Assembly: GCA_002104905.1 (NCBI GenBank)
Contig: MCFE01000412.1
Span: 15,659 to 79,658 of the forward strand
Length of the DNA: 64,000 bases
Reading direction: 5' to 3'
Source of the DNA: Basidiobolus meristosporus CBS 931.73
Lineage: Eukaryota > Fungi > Basidiobolomycota
A program made the translations under genes and the position numbers. Of this stretch, positions 24,313 through 36,523 are shown piece after piece. Each line of letters begins with the position of its first letter. Within the stretch, counting starts at the first letter, position 1. The notes under the pieces are model-generated. The model saw only the letters and a program-made list of their open reading frames with translations. It had not been told where the DNA came from and ran no database searches.

Positions 24313-27300
24313 ATGTATCAAGCTACCAAAGATTTCTTGGGGAAACCTGCACCACCCAACTATGTTGCCGGTTTGGGTAGAGGGTAAGCTGAACTCCTGC
24401 TCAAAGTCGGTGCTCCTGACCTTTTCAAGCTGATCCTCGGTTTTATTTTCTAGTGCGACAGGTTTCACCACGCGTTCCGATATCGGTCCGGCTAGAGAAG
24501 GGCCAGTCCTCGATGCAAGGTATAAATCTTCACAGATCTTTTCAAAGTTTCTTTAATTCGCTTCATTTTTCACGCCTTTGTATCCATTACGAGTATACAC
24601 CAATAATGATTCCTTGCCTACTTTTCAGGGTTTAAATGTTTTTAAACCCAAGTAGTCATAGGGAGGCGAAGTTTGGCACTTAGGTGTGTTGATTTCGCGT
24701 GACCTGCACTCATCCAATATATTTGTCCTCTAATATCATTGTGTTATTGAAATAGTGTTGAGGCAGCAAAGCAACAACAACAAAAGGAGGAGGAAGACGA
24801 CGAAAGATTTCAAGATCCGGACAATGAAACCGGTCTATTCGCATCCATTCCTTACGATGAGGACGATGAGGAAGCGGATAAAATCTACGAAGCTATAGAC
24901 GCCAAGATGGATGAGCGCCGAAGAGTGCGAAGGTTTGTTCGGAATAATGGCGTCGATATTTTCTAGAAATACCATTCATTTTCGTCAACCTCTATCTAGA
25001 GAGGCTCGAGAAAAGGAGGAGCTTAAAAAATACCGCGCAGAGAGACCCAAGATTCAGCAGCAGTTTGCTGACATCAAACGCTCTTTAGCTACGTTGTCTT
25101 CTGACGAATGGTCCAACATTCCTGAGGTTGGCGATTTAGTCGGCAAGAACAGAAGGAAGCAGAATCTACAAGAAAGGTAGAGTTACGCTATATGCCACCC
25201 GGCACTGCATATCATAGCTGCTAACTTTAAACTGGTTGCGCGAACAGATATACCCCTGTGCCAGACTCTCTTCTCGAGAAAGCTAGGGAAGAGCATCAGC
25301 TTGTCACCCACTTGGATCCCCAGCAGCAAGTAAGTTTTCACGATTTCCGCCAAGAAAACTCGTTAGTCTAACTTGAATGTTTGGTAGCAACATGGAGGAT
25401 TTGCAACACCAGCTGGAACCGACTCCGGCATGATGACAAACTTTGTGGAGATTGGCCAGGCTAGAGATAAAGTTTTAAGTTTAAAACTGGATCAGGTTAG
25501 TATCACCGACCACTTGATGTATACATATTGCTGATCTAATCCTCGTTAGATTTCGGACTCTGTTAGTGGCTCAACCAACATCGATCCTAAAGGATACCTG
25601 ACGGACCTCAACAGTATTGTCGTGAAAAGTGACGCTGAGATTGGGTTTGTCAGCTTTACAAGAATCTCCGCCTAGCATAGCCATCTTATAACTATTTCTT
25701 TATTTGATATCTAGTGATATTAAGAAGGCTAGACTACTTCTGAAATCTGTCATTACCACAAATCCTAAACACGCGCCTGGATGGATTGCCGCTGCTAGAC
25801 TGGAGGAGGTGGCTGGTAAGCAAGCGCAAGCTCTTAGCATCATTGCTAAGGGTTGTGAGGAGTGTGCCAAGAGTGAGGATGTATGGCTGGAGGCAGCTAG
25901 GTTGAATACCGTCGAGAATGCAAAGGTGATTTTGGCCAGTGCAGTTCGCCATTTGCCTCAATCGGTCAAGATTTGGCTTCAAGCCGTCAAGTTGGAGACC
26001 GAAGTCAAGGGGCAGAAGCGTGTCCTTCGAAGAGCACTGGAATTCATCCCAAACTCGGTAAAGCTGTGGAAAGCAGCTATTTCGTTGGAGGAAAATCCGG
26101 AAGATGCGCGAATCTTGCTCTCAAGAGCTGTGGAGCTTGTTCCATTGTCGGTGGAGCTGTGGCTTGCCTTGGCTAGGTTGGAGACGTATGAGAATGCGCG
26201 TAAAGTTCTCAATGCTGCTAGAGCGGCGGTCCCTACCAGCCACGAGATCTGGATTGCTGGTGCACGCCTTGAGGAACAACAAGGAAACGACAGTAGGGTG
26301 GATATGATCATTTCGCGTGCAGTAACCACCTTGTCCCAAAAGGGAACCATTCTCACTCGCGAGCAATGGCTTCAGGAAGCAGAAGGTTGTGAAAAACAAA
26401 AAAGCGTAAGCACCTGCCAAGCCATTGTTCGCGCTACCATTGGGCTTGGCATCGAGGAGGACGATAGAAAATCCACCTGGATGGAAGACGCCGAAGGCTG
26501 CATCTCGCGTAACTCCATTGAGACGGCCAGAGCGATTTACGCGCATGCACTTACCGTTTTCCGCGGGAAGAAGTCCGTTTGGAGAAGAGCAGCCTTTCTG
26601 GAAAAGAACCATGGCACTCGAGAATCTCTGGAGGAGCTTCTTCAAAAGGCAGTCAAATACTGTCCTCAAGCCGAAGTCCTCTGGCTCATGGGAGCCAAAG
26701 AGAAATGGCTTGCTGGTGATGTGAATGGCGCACGAGCTATCTTGCGCGAAGCCTTCAAAGCAAACCCGAATAGTGAGCAGATTTGGTTGGCAGCTGTTAA
26801 GCTTGAAAGTGAAAATGACGAATACGAAAGAGCATCGATTCTTCTTCAGAAAGCCAGAGAGCAAGCCGACACCGAGAGAGTCTGGATGAAATCCATTATC
26901 CTTGAGCGCCAACGCAAGCGAATTCCCGAAGCACTTGAGTTGCTGAGTGAAGGCTTGGAGAAATTCCCTACCTTCGACAAGCTGTGGATGATCCGAGGCC
27001 AGATCGAGGATAACCAAGGCCAGCTTCAAACCGCCAGGGAAACTTACAACAAGGGTTTGAAGAGATGTCCAAAATCGATACCTTTGTGGCTACTTTCATC
27101 TAGATTGGAAGAGAAAGCGGGACTGTTAATCAAGTCAAGAGCCATCCTTGAGCGTGGCAGACTCCTGAACCCTAAAAACGCTGAGCTATGGACCGAAGCT
27201 GTTCGAGTGGAACTTCGCGGCAACAACATGAACATGGCCAAGGCACTTATGGCGAAGGCGCTTCAAGAGTGTCCAAACTCTGGACTGTTGTGGTCCGAAG

Positions 27301-27733
27301 CCATATTTATGGAGAATCGTCCTCAGCGTAAGAGCAAGTCTGTGGATGCATTGAAGCGATGTGACAACGACCCGCTAGTCATTACCACCGTGGCTCGTCT
27401 GTTCTGGTCCGAGCGGAAGGTGGACAAAGCAAGAACCTGGTTTGGACGAGCAGTCAAGGTTGACCAGGATATTGGTGATTGCTGGGCCTGGTGGTACAAA
27501 TTTGAAGTTCAACATGGCACTGAAGTAAGCTCGAGTTGCAACTCTGTCATTGATCGCTCAAACTAACCTTCCTTTATCCTCTACAACAGGAACAGCAGCA
27601 GGAGGTAATAAATCGGTGCGTATCCTCTGAGCCTCATCACGGTGAGCGGTGGCAGGCAACTGCCAAGAACCTGGACAACTTTGGCAAGAACACTGAAGAA
27701 ATCCTCAAACTGGTTGCTGTGGAGCTTGAGTAA
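24313..27733 (+). CDS. PRP6: Pre-mRNA splicing factor Prp6 (U5-102K), multi-exon
   Basis: Start [24 protein letters not shown]; [31 protein letters not shown]; long HAT/TPR array; last exon ends at TAA 27731-27733. Confidence 0.95.
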
Positions 27734-27870
27734 ACCATTCAATGCATGGTGGTTATTTATCTTGAGAGTGTAGTAATAAAAATATTCGGTATTGTAACTG
27801 GTCGTTTCGTGGAGGGTTTATTTATTGATGTTTCGATGTGTGTCGGTTCTGCTTAATAGTAATTTCGAGA

Positions 27871-28830
27871 TTAGAGTTTGGAGAAAGAGGCGTTTTGTTT
27901 GCTTATGCTAGCAACAATGGCCTTTTCCAAGTCCTCTGACTGTAGCATTGAAGCGTTCCACAATGCGGAATAAGTCAACCCCTCCTCAACTGTATGATCC
28001 CGGGAGTAGTTGAGCAAGTGCTTTGTTCCAGACACTGCGACTGGGGACTTGGAAGCAATCACTTTTCCGATTTCCTTGGCCTTTGCCAGAACATCCTCTA
28101 GTTTAGGGAAAACGTCGCTAACCAACCCATGTCTCAAAGCTTCTTTGGAGTCAAAGATCCGTGCTGTGAAGCAAATTTCTCTGGTCCAGCTATCGTTACT
28201 CACCACCTTCTGAAGTCGCTGGAGGGTCCCAACATCAGCCGCCATACCAATATCAACTTCCTTTATGGATGCGGAATGTCAATCTCAGAAGGAACAAACA
28301 TAAAGATAATGATGTAAACGCACCTTAACGGAGAAGAAGGCATCCTCTGAGCAATATCTTATGTCACAAGAGGTGATCATGTCAATGCCACCGCCAATGC
28401 AGCCACCATGGACAGCTGCGATCACTGGCTTGTCACAATCTTGAATAGCGCTAAAGCTTGCTTGGAAATCCTGTATGGTATGTGGGTCAGAAGAGGGTCC
28501 AAAGGATTACTGCCGAAACTAACACACCATAATCTTTTTGCGCAAACGGTAGGCCCGTCTACCAACATCACTCTCGTCCGAGTTCGTAAGGCCAGTAGCG
28601 GCCTCCTTCAAATCAAGCCCAGCACAGAACAATCTACCAGAACCTGACAGAATAACCACCCTAACATTGGGATCGAATTTGATCTGCTTGAAGCATTCTT
28701 GGAATTCCCTCCACATGGCATCGTTCAGGGAATTCAAGTTTTTCGGGCGGTTGAGTTGAACGTGAAGTACATTATTGGAAGTGAAACTGCACTGAAGAGT
28801 CTCGTAGGAGTAATCTTTCGCGGCGGACAT
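27871..28830 (-). CDS. ECH1: Delta3,5-delta2,4-dienoyl-CoA isomerase (crotonase family), multi-exon
   Basis: VLHVQLNRPKNLNSLN, FCAGLDL, AADVGTLQRL, KSPVAVSGTK..LNYSRDH; ends in PTS1 SKL. Confidence 0.9.
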
Positions 28831-30031
28831 TTGAGGCACAACTAGGGAACCTCCAGCAGTTATATTATGGCCATCATGCGATGGTTCCCACGCAATACTA
28901 ATCATCACGCATTTTTCAGTTGTTCAGTGGCTCGTTTTAAGTGACTGCTTGAGATAGGGGAGGAATATATTATATACATTAAACTTCAATTTGCTCGTAG
29001 GCATTCGTGATTACAAATTGAAATACACAAAGCATATTTTATACAAATTGATTATACAGCTATCACATGGTTCTAGAGGTACGCAACCAAGTTAAACATG
29101 GCAAATGGCTGTGGATGGTTGGTAGTGAGTGGAAACGAAAACATGACCCAAGCTCTGTGACAGCGTATCGGTTCGCACTGAGAGCTAAAATTCAGAGTAG
29201 TAGATCAATGCGTGCAACTATGAAACAATCGAAAGGTTAATGATGTATGAATCTGTGAGTATTTCATGCACGAATCTGAACATTCCATGTATGATTCTGT
29301 GAACAATTTCATTGTCACTTGCAACCATAAAATCCCCATCAAAGTTTTAATTTCAGCCTTCAGCCCTCAAAAGATTGCCGTGCCTAACATTAATTTAATC
29401 CACGATTAAGGGGGGCTACTCACAAGATCTCGCTTATTTTTAACTTGCCCCGCTAGCTGGGATTACTATTCCTTTTCCCTTGTCCCATCATTCCTTACAT
29501 ATCTTCCTATTGGCCGCTTATTCTCCTATTCTTTAATATCGCCATTGTTATATATGTTTACTCATTCTGTGAAAACATTTAACAGTGAATGAAAAAAATC
29601 TATATTTGTCCATTGTTGCAGTGATTCCTTGGCGTTTGATTCGTCAGAAATACAAACACTCTGCGCCGCTTATGATTCGTCAAGGTCATGTGAAGTGACT
29701 CATCATTTCTGGTATATAAAGACCATCAAATCTCCCGCTGGCTACCAACATCTCCTTCCACTACGCCGCCGCAACTAGTTTTTTTCTCTTCTCCACACAC
29801 AAGCGTGTCATAATAGGGTGTATCAATCAAATAGGACCAAAGATTATAAATATTATAATTGAAGCCATAGGGAATTGAACACCACACTGTCCATACCTTG
29901 CCATTAAAGAACATATGAGATATTACTTGACAGAGCCTATACTTTTTGGACATTTTTATCCGGAATAAGTCATTAGGTGTCTGACATTACACACATTATC
30001 AAGAACTTCCAAATTAATCGGTCCCCGGCAT

Positions 30032-30739
30032 ATGTACACTCCAAGTACAGAATCATCCCCGTACAACGCTGTTCCAGATAGCGAGCGTGACCTTGGGTTT
30101 GACTCGATTGAGTATCCTGATTCTGATTGCCTAGCCCAATCACCTCCGTACGTTCCTCCATCTCCGGGCCCTCTACCGCCACTCTTCTCTATTCCCTCTC
30201 CCTGTTGCTATGAGGACATCTCCGCTGAATATTCTCCGCCCTATGTTCCGGATCCGATATATCCAGTGGATCAAAGCGAATCCGCCTTACGCGCTGCCTC
30301 CCCATATTCAGATTCATCCATTGAATGGGTTGGTGATGTGCCCAAGTCGCCACTGGGGCCATACAGCTATCATGAAGTTGAACCTATCTACGTCAAGGAG
30401 TGCGTATTCTTTCTTGACGAGGATATTTATGATGGTTGGTCGATTGATCCTAGTCAGTGTACCTTCGATTATTCGGAGTCGTTGTACAAGAAATTAGTTG
30501 ATCAATACGAGGAACCTCGCAAACGGTTCAAGCATTCTCCGGAATCCACTCCAACCCTAGACGGCATTGATCCTAAATCGCAGTCGGGAACTGTTGGGCA
30601 GGAGGCAACCACCAAAAAGAACCCTGTTGGTCATCAGTTACTTCGCAAAAGCGAGCGACGTTTCATTGAAGAAAACGGGTTGTTTGATACACATTCTCCA
30701 TCGGATTATCTTAAACACAAGAAGAATACTGTGTACTAG
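30032..30739 (+). CDS. Hypothetical Pro/Ser/Tyr-rich protein, 235 aa
   Basis: Uninterrupted ATG-started ORF filling an intergenic gap, with an internal repeat SPPYVP x2. No recognisable domain. Confidence 0.45.
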   Translation: MYTPSTESSPYNAVPDSERDLGFDSIEYPDSDCLAQSPPYVPPSPGPLPPLFSIPSPCCYEDISAEYSPPYVPDPIYPVDQSESALRAASPYSDSSIEWVGDVPKSPLGPYSYHEVEPIYVKECVFFLDEDIYDGWSIDPSQCTFDYSESLYKKLVDQYEEPRKRFKHSPESTPTLDGIDPKSQSGTVGQEATTKKNPVGHQLLRKSERRFIEENGLFDTHSPSDYLKHKKNTVY

Positions 30740-31592
30740 AAACCCGTATCTTAGATACTCCACCTGTAACATTTTTCAAGCAACTGTAAATACAATTGAT
30801 GTATAAACCTTGAATAAATACAAATCTAATGCTACTCCACCAAGTGTAGTCGCACGTCACTACAATACATCATGGCAGAAGATTTCTTTACCGTAAGTAG
30901 ATTGGTCAAGAGCCCTGTAGAAGCATTCATGCCAGTTGAAATACAGCTGGGTCTACCAGCAGCACCTTTGAACAGTGAAAACAACACATCACCTTGCACT
31001 ACATTAAGTTCAGGTTTGAAACATGCAACTGAAATGAGGTCAGTATGTGGTTTGCATTAACTAACCAAGTATGTCATGCGACAGTGTCTCAGAGAATGCG
31101 TACCATCCCAAATTAACCTAGCAACCATGGGACATTTCATTTGTGCGATTGTTTGGATCGTTCTCCACCAATCGTCTGGAATGGGCCATTGGCGAATGGG
31201 GCGGTGATGAATGCAACGGCAGGCTCAATCACGATAGAGTGATTTCATTGGCGACAGGGAAGTGGATTTTGGGGCCGTCAGGATCACCTGATATGGGTGG
31301 AAGTTGCTGGTGCAATTTACAATTCGTCATAGAACCGTGGCCAACTCCGTCGAGTCGCCAAGTATAAACAATCCCCTTCAGGCCTGACTTGTTTATGTTT
31401 ATTGTTTGGATAGCTTGGGCTTGGAGACGAACATGGAGTTAATATAGACATGGGTAGCTGGAAGACGATATAGATACGGGTAGCTCTATACCACATCTCA
31501 AACGTCAGTGGGGACGGTAGGATGCTTGTTAGCGACCTACTGTCTGGGTGGATGTTGTACTGGTGCACAACATGGGCAGCGAGTGAGACAGC

Positions 31593-32133
31593 CTATGGGC
31601 TGATGGAGGTATCCTCGAGAACGTTTTCAGGGATTTCCCCAAATAATTTATGCTCAGGATTGGCAAGATATTTGCGTCGATGTTGACATTTTCGGCAACG
31701 AACCAGTACTGTGGTCTCGGGGCTATCTAGTTACGAGGTGAGGCTTAGTAGGTGTGGGTGAGTGGTGGCGGTCAGGGAAGCGCTTACTTTGGATGGTTGT
31801 GTTCGAGGTGATAGCAGGGATTAAAGGGATTTCACAGTGGCGACATATGGTTCTTTTCACCTTGGGATCTCTATGGAGAACAAGGTCAATGTCCAAACAA
31901 CTGGGCAAAAACGAACGTGATCGTAGAACCTACATCCGTAAAACAACCCGCTTCCCAATCTCCCTCATGTGGGAGGCATAGAAACGACCCAGATTTCCAA
32001 GATCTGAACTCGACGCGGACCCCGCCGTCGCGGCCATCATCATCGACGCCTGGTAAAGAAAATTCATCCGGTGGTAGATCTCGCGGTGCTGAACCTGGGA
32101 GTTCGCATTCTTTTTCTCTTTTTTCTTGGCCAT
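31593..32133 (-). CDS. RPR2: RNase P/MRP subunit Rpr2/Rpp21/Snm1, 3 exons
   Basis: IYHRMNFLYQAS, LGRFYASHMREIGKRVVLR, DPKVKRTICRHC and LVRCRKC form the four-Cys zinc motif; stop at 31593-31595. Confidence 0.85.
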
Positions 32134-32416
32134 CACGGCGAAGACCAGTGTAGCTTCTGTCACTACTTGGTCCGCTGGAGTTTTTTGTACGCGTTCGAGG
32201 GGATTTTTATTTTTGCTCGTCGTATCGGTAAATTGGCACAGCAGCAAATCATGATTGGCTTGGTGGGAACCCTCATAACGCACCCCCAGATGGTTTAAAT
32301 CATGTACTATGATAAGAATAACAAAAAATCGACGTTTTGAAAGTAGGATGAATTAGAACGCGTGTTTTAGCAAACCTCTTCGTTTCTTTTTCAACACACT
32401 TCTATAGACATCTGAT

Positions 32417-35400
32417 ATGACTCAAAGCCAACAGACTGGCAGTGAAGAGCTTGATTTCTACGACAGGCCTGCCATCATAGCTCACTTCGAGTCGATTCAG
32501 CCTTCCCTGTTACAGGAGCTACGTGAGACCCACCCGAACGTCGAGGTTGATTTCACCCCTCAAGATTTGTCCCGACTGACCGGACAGCTTCAAAAACTTC
32601 AGAACGACCTACTTGGTAAAACCAGTGTACGAACCGAGCTCCATTGCCCCAAAATCCCCGCCCGTTTTTTCCAACCTACCCAACCTCTGCAACCAGATTC
32701 CGCCCTGCACCACATCCTCAAAGGAGCATTTCAATTTCGCTTTGCAAACAACTGGTCCGACTGGGGCTTCGACCGAGCTGAGAAGCGGGAGACTTTGCTG
32801 GGTTTGATCCTTTACATCAGGGATGTGCTTGTACGATCGGAGCTCTTGCACACACCCAGAATCTACCTGGGTGAAGCCATCGAGCTACAGCTCAAGGAAG
32901 AGCTGTCATCCCTGGTTACACTCATGAAAGGTTAGTGTTGGAGGAGGAGGAGGGTGCTCCTCCCCAGTCTTGTCGCTCGATTTGGTTTATTTATTCATGG
33001 CACCTCTGACACCAACTTGGTATCCAGGTGATGTAGTGGAGGATATGAGCAAAGCAACGCACACTCTCGACCCGGCCACAGTTATCAACAGGACGCTGAC
33101 TGGCGCGGAGGAATTTCGCGTGCTTCGTAGAGAGGGTGGAAAAGTGTTGGTCCATAAGGTCTATACACCTGAGTCGTACGACAGCTGGGAGTTGGACACC
33201 AACGAATTCGCCGACATATCAGTTACAGAATCCAAAGCACCCGAAAGATGGATTCTTTCCCCGGAGTGGCTCAGAGACAGCGCCGAGTACAATGAGTGGA
33301 TGTGTGAAACGGATTATGAGGGTAAAGTTCAAAGCACCCCCGGCTCTCCTGTGGAGGAGGTGAGCAACAAAAGAAACGTATCGGAGGCTTTCGAGTCAGA
33401 CGACTCTGAGGGGAATGAGGAGAAACGGGCTAAGCCAGAGAGCGCTGACTCGGAGGTTGAGGAGACGTTGGAGGTTTCCAACCTAGAAGCCCCACCTACG
33501 ACTACTGCAGATACCAAAGTGGAGGTGGAGACCGCCCCACAGCCCGATGTAACTAACGGAACTCCCCAACCGGCACAGGAGACTCCCCAGGAACAAGAGT
33601 CTACCCCGATGGAGACAGACATCCTTCCCGAGTCAAATGACAAAGCTGTCGAGGTCGAGTCTCAAGAGCAGCCCGAACAGCCGGAACAACCCGAACAACC
33701 CGAACAACCTGAACAACCTGAGCCAACTGTAGAGAAACCCGCGGAGGAGGCAGTCGACGTTGAAGATGAGGCAAAGAAATATCTTTCCGAACAAACACAA
33801 GAGGTGATCATTCCTAGCTACGCCGCATGGTTTAGCATGTCGAAAGTTCACGAGGTAGAGAGGAAGGGGCTTCCGGAATTCTTCAACAACAAAAACAAAT
33901 CCAAGACACCCTCCGTGTACAAAGAATATCGCGACTTCATGATTAATACATATAGACTGAATCCCTCAGAATACCTCACCGTTACCGCATGTAGGAGAAA
34001 TCTTGCCGGGGATGTTTGTGCTATCATCCGAGTTCACAGTTTCCTTGAGCAATGGGGTCTCATTAATTACCAGGCAAGGCAGCTTGTTTACCATCGTTTC
34101 TTTCGCCGTGTTCTGCTTGCTAACCCCGTGTTCGTTCTAGGTTGACCCTGAGACTCGCCCATCCACAGTTGGCCCACCGTTCACTGGCCACTTTAGAGTA
34201 ACCGCGGATACCCCTAGAGGCCTTCAGCCATTCCAGCCTTCTGCCCCGCAGTTCCAGCCCAATGTTGGCCCCCAGCCCATTGGTGTCGGGAGAGTGCCCG
34301 AGCATGGCCAACGGGCTGACTTGAATCTGGATTTACGCAAATCGATTTACGGCCGCGATGGATATTCAGCTGCTAGTGACGAGCCAGGGAAATCGGTGAA
34401 GGAGCTAGGCTTGGGCTCAGCTGCCGAGGACCAGCCCAAATATCACTGCTTTACTTGCGGGGTGAGCTGCAACGAGGTTCGCTACCACAGCGTCAAGACG
34501 AAAAATTTCGACCTCTGTTCGAACTGCTATCTCGAGGGGAGATTCCCATCCACCATGCTTAGCAGCGATTTTCTCAAGATGGAGAACTACGAGTTCAAGC
34601 ACAGCCAACAGGATGAATGGACCAACCAGGAAACGCTGCTGCTTCTGGAGGGGTTGGAGATGTACAACGAGGACTGGGAGAAGATCTCCTCGCATGTTGG
34701 GACTCGCTCGAGGGAGCAGTGCATCTTGCATTTCCTAAAGCTTCCAATCGAGGAGCCGTATCTTGAAGTGGAAAAGAGCCCTTATGGCCCAGTGAATTCC
34801 CAGCGTTTACCCTTTAGCCAGGCAGATAATCCGATCATGTCGGTGGTTGCATTCCTGGCTTCCGTGGTGGATCCGAAAGTTGCCGAGGCAGCTGCGAAAT
34901 CGGCCATCGGGCAGCTTCAAACAGAGGGGACCAAAGATGGCTCCTCGCCACCGACTGTGAAATCGGAAGATTCTGTAGCCAAAGCCACCACCCCATCCAA
35001 GGCTGGTATGGATAAGGCGGCTTCGGTGGCCCTCGGTGCAGCCGCCGCCAAGGCTCATGTGCTTGGAACCAATGAGGAGAGGGAGATCCAACGATTGGTG
35101 AACTCGATCGTCGAGGCACAGGCGAAGAAGTTGGAGATTAAGATGCAGCATTTCGAGGAGATTGAAGGGATCCTGGAGTATGAGAAGCGTGAGCTGGAGA
35201 AGCAGAGGCGCCAGCTCTACCAAGACCAATTGAACTTGCGCAAGTCCGTCTTCAATGCACCATCCACAGTGACAAATCCCATTGAGGCTGCGGTCCCTGT
35301 GCTGGGCCAAATGCCAATGCAAGATCTGAACGCAGCGCCGATGGTCCAGCCGCAGAACTTGCCTCAATTCCAACAGCAGTTCCCTCAAATGCAACTTCCT

Positions 35401-35514
35401 CAACATCAATTCTATCAGCAACCATACCTGGGCCAGCAACCTGGCCAAGGTGGTATGGATCAAGGTTACATGGGGATGGGTAATCCCGGCTATGGTAACC
35501 TCAACGGAATGTAA
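32417..35514 (+). CDS. RSC8: SWI/SNF-RSC core subunit (Rsc8/Swi3/SMARCC family) with N-terminal MarR-like/BRCT/chromo module, 3 exons
   Basis: SWIRM ([25 protein letters not shown]), [17 protein letters not shown] finger (CFTC..C..C), SANT ([13 protein letters not shown]) and C-terminal coiled coil. Confidence 0.92.
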
Positions 35515-35545
35515 TCCGGCTATGGTAACCTCAACGGAATGTAAT
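35486..35545 (+). repeat. Perfect 30-bp tandem duplication spanning the RSC8 stop codon
   Basis: CCGGCTATGGTAACCTCAACGGAATGTAAT occurs twice back to back. Confidence 0.9.
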
Positions 35546-35861
35546 CCGACCTCATCACCAACTCACCAACCGCATCGGAATTCACCCTAACCCCGCCCCA
35601 ACGTGTATTTTCTGGTCTTTTTCCTTTCTTCTATATAGTTACATAATTAAAGCAATTGTTCAAACGTCATGCATATTGTTTGTCGTCAGCTAATTGCTTG
35701 TCGTCAGCTTAACCAAATTAATCGATATCGACGTCAATACATCACGACGTTGTTCACCATCCACTTTCACACTACGACGTCATAAGGGTTGTTGCATCAG
35801 TCGCATCAGTCGCATGCTATATAAACATCAAGGATGCCCACAGTGTAGATACAACAGTAAA

Positions 35862-36455
35862 ATGGCTTTGTATCACAGTATCGTGTTCGGGTTTATGATC
35901 ACCCAAATGTCCTTGTTCCTGCTGATGGTAGGGCCCTTTCCTCATCGCTTCAAGCAGTCCATCCTTATGAAAATCGACTCTTCCAAATGGATGCACCGGC
36001 TCTATTTCTACATCAACATTGGCCTCGTTTTCGTTTTCATCTTGTTTGTGGACTCGATCATCCGGATGGTTAACGCCAACAAGGAGGCCAGTGCTGCCCA
36101 TCAAGCAGATCCTCGGACCGATTCCCAACTTCAACTCCGCAAGTTCTACAGCCAAAGAAACTTCTACCTGACTGGGTTCACTTTATTCCTATCCCTCATC
36201 CTGAATCGTACGTTCTACATTTTAATGGACCTATTTCATGCTGAGGTGCAGGTTGAGAAGCTCCGTAATGGCCGTTCCAACGGAAAACCAAAGTATGTCC
36301 AATCCTCCGAAACAGACCATGAGGAGAATGCCAGAAGAATCGATGAATTACGCAAAGAGGTGGAGGAGTTAAGACAGAAAGATCACAACCTAGACCAGTT
36401 GAAAGAGCGAGCTAGCATAGAGGCTTCAGAATATCATAAACTTTCCCAGGCTTAA
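35862..36455 (+). CDS. BAP31: BAP31/Yet-family ER membrane protein, intronless
   Basis: Starts MALYHSIVF; three TM segments; FVFILFVDSI; KFYSQRNFYLTGFTLFLSLIL; C-terminal coiled coil. Confidence 0.85.
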   Translation: MALYHSIVFGFMITQMSLFLLMVGPFPHRFKQSILMKIDSSKWMHRLYFYINIGLVFVFILFVDSIIRMVNANKEASAAHQADPRTDSQLQLRKFYSQRNFYLTGFTLFLSLILNRTFYILMDLFHAEVQVEKLRNGRSNGKPKYVQSSETDHEENARRIDELRKEVEELRQKDHNLDQLKERASIEASEYHKLSQA

Positions 36456-36523
36456 ATTCAGCAATCTTACATATATATATATATATAAAGATAATGTATA
36501 CTCCATAGCTTCGTATGTTGACT

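Noticed and set aside
33667-33723. EQP tripeptide repeat in RSC8
   Set aside because: Ordinary low-complexity linker.
36380-36455. BAP31 homolog ends KLSQA without a KKXX ER-retrieval motif
   Set aside because: The tail varies among fungal Yet proteins, and an unseen 3' splice cannot be excluded.
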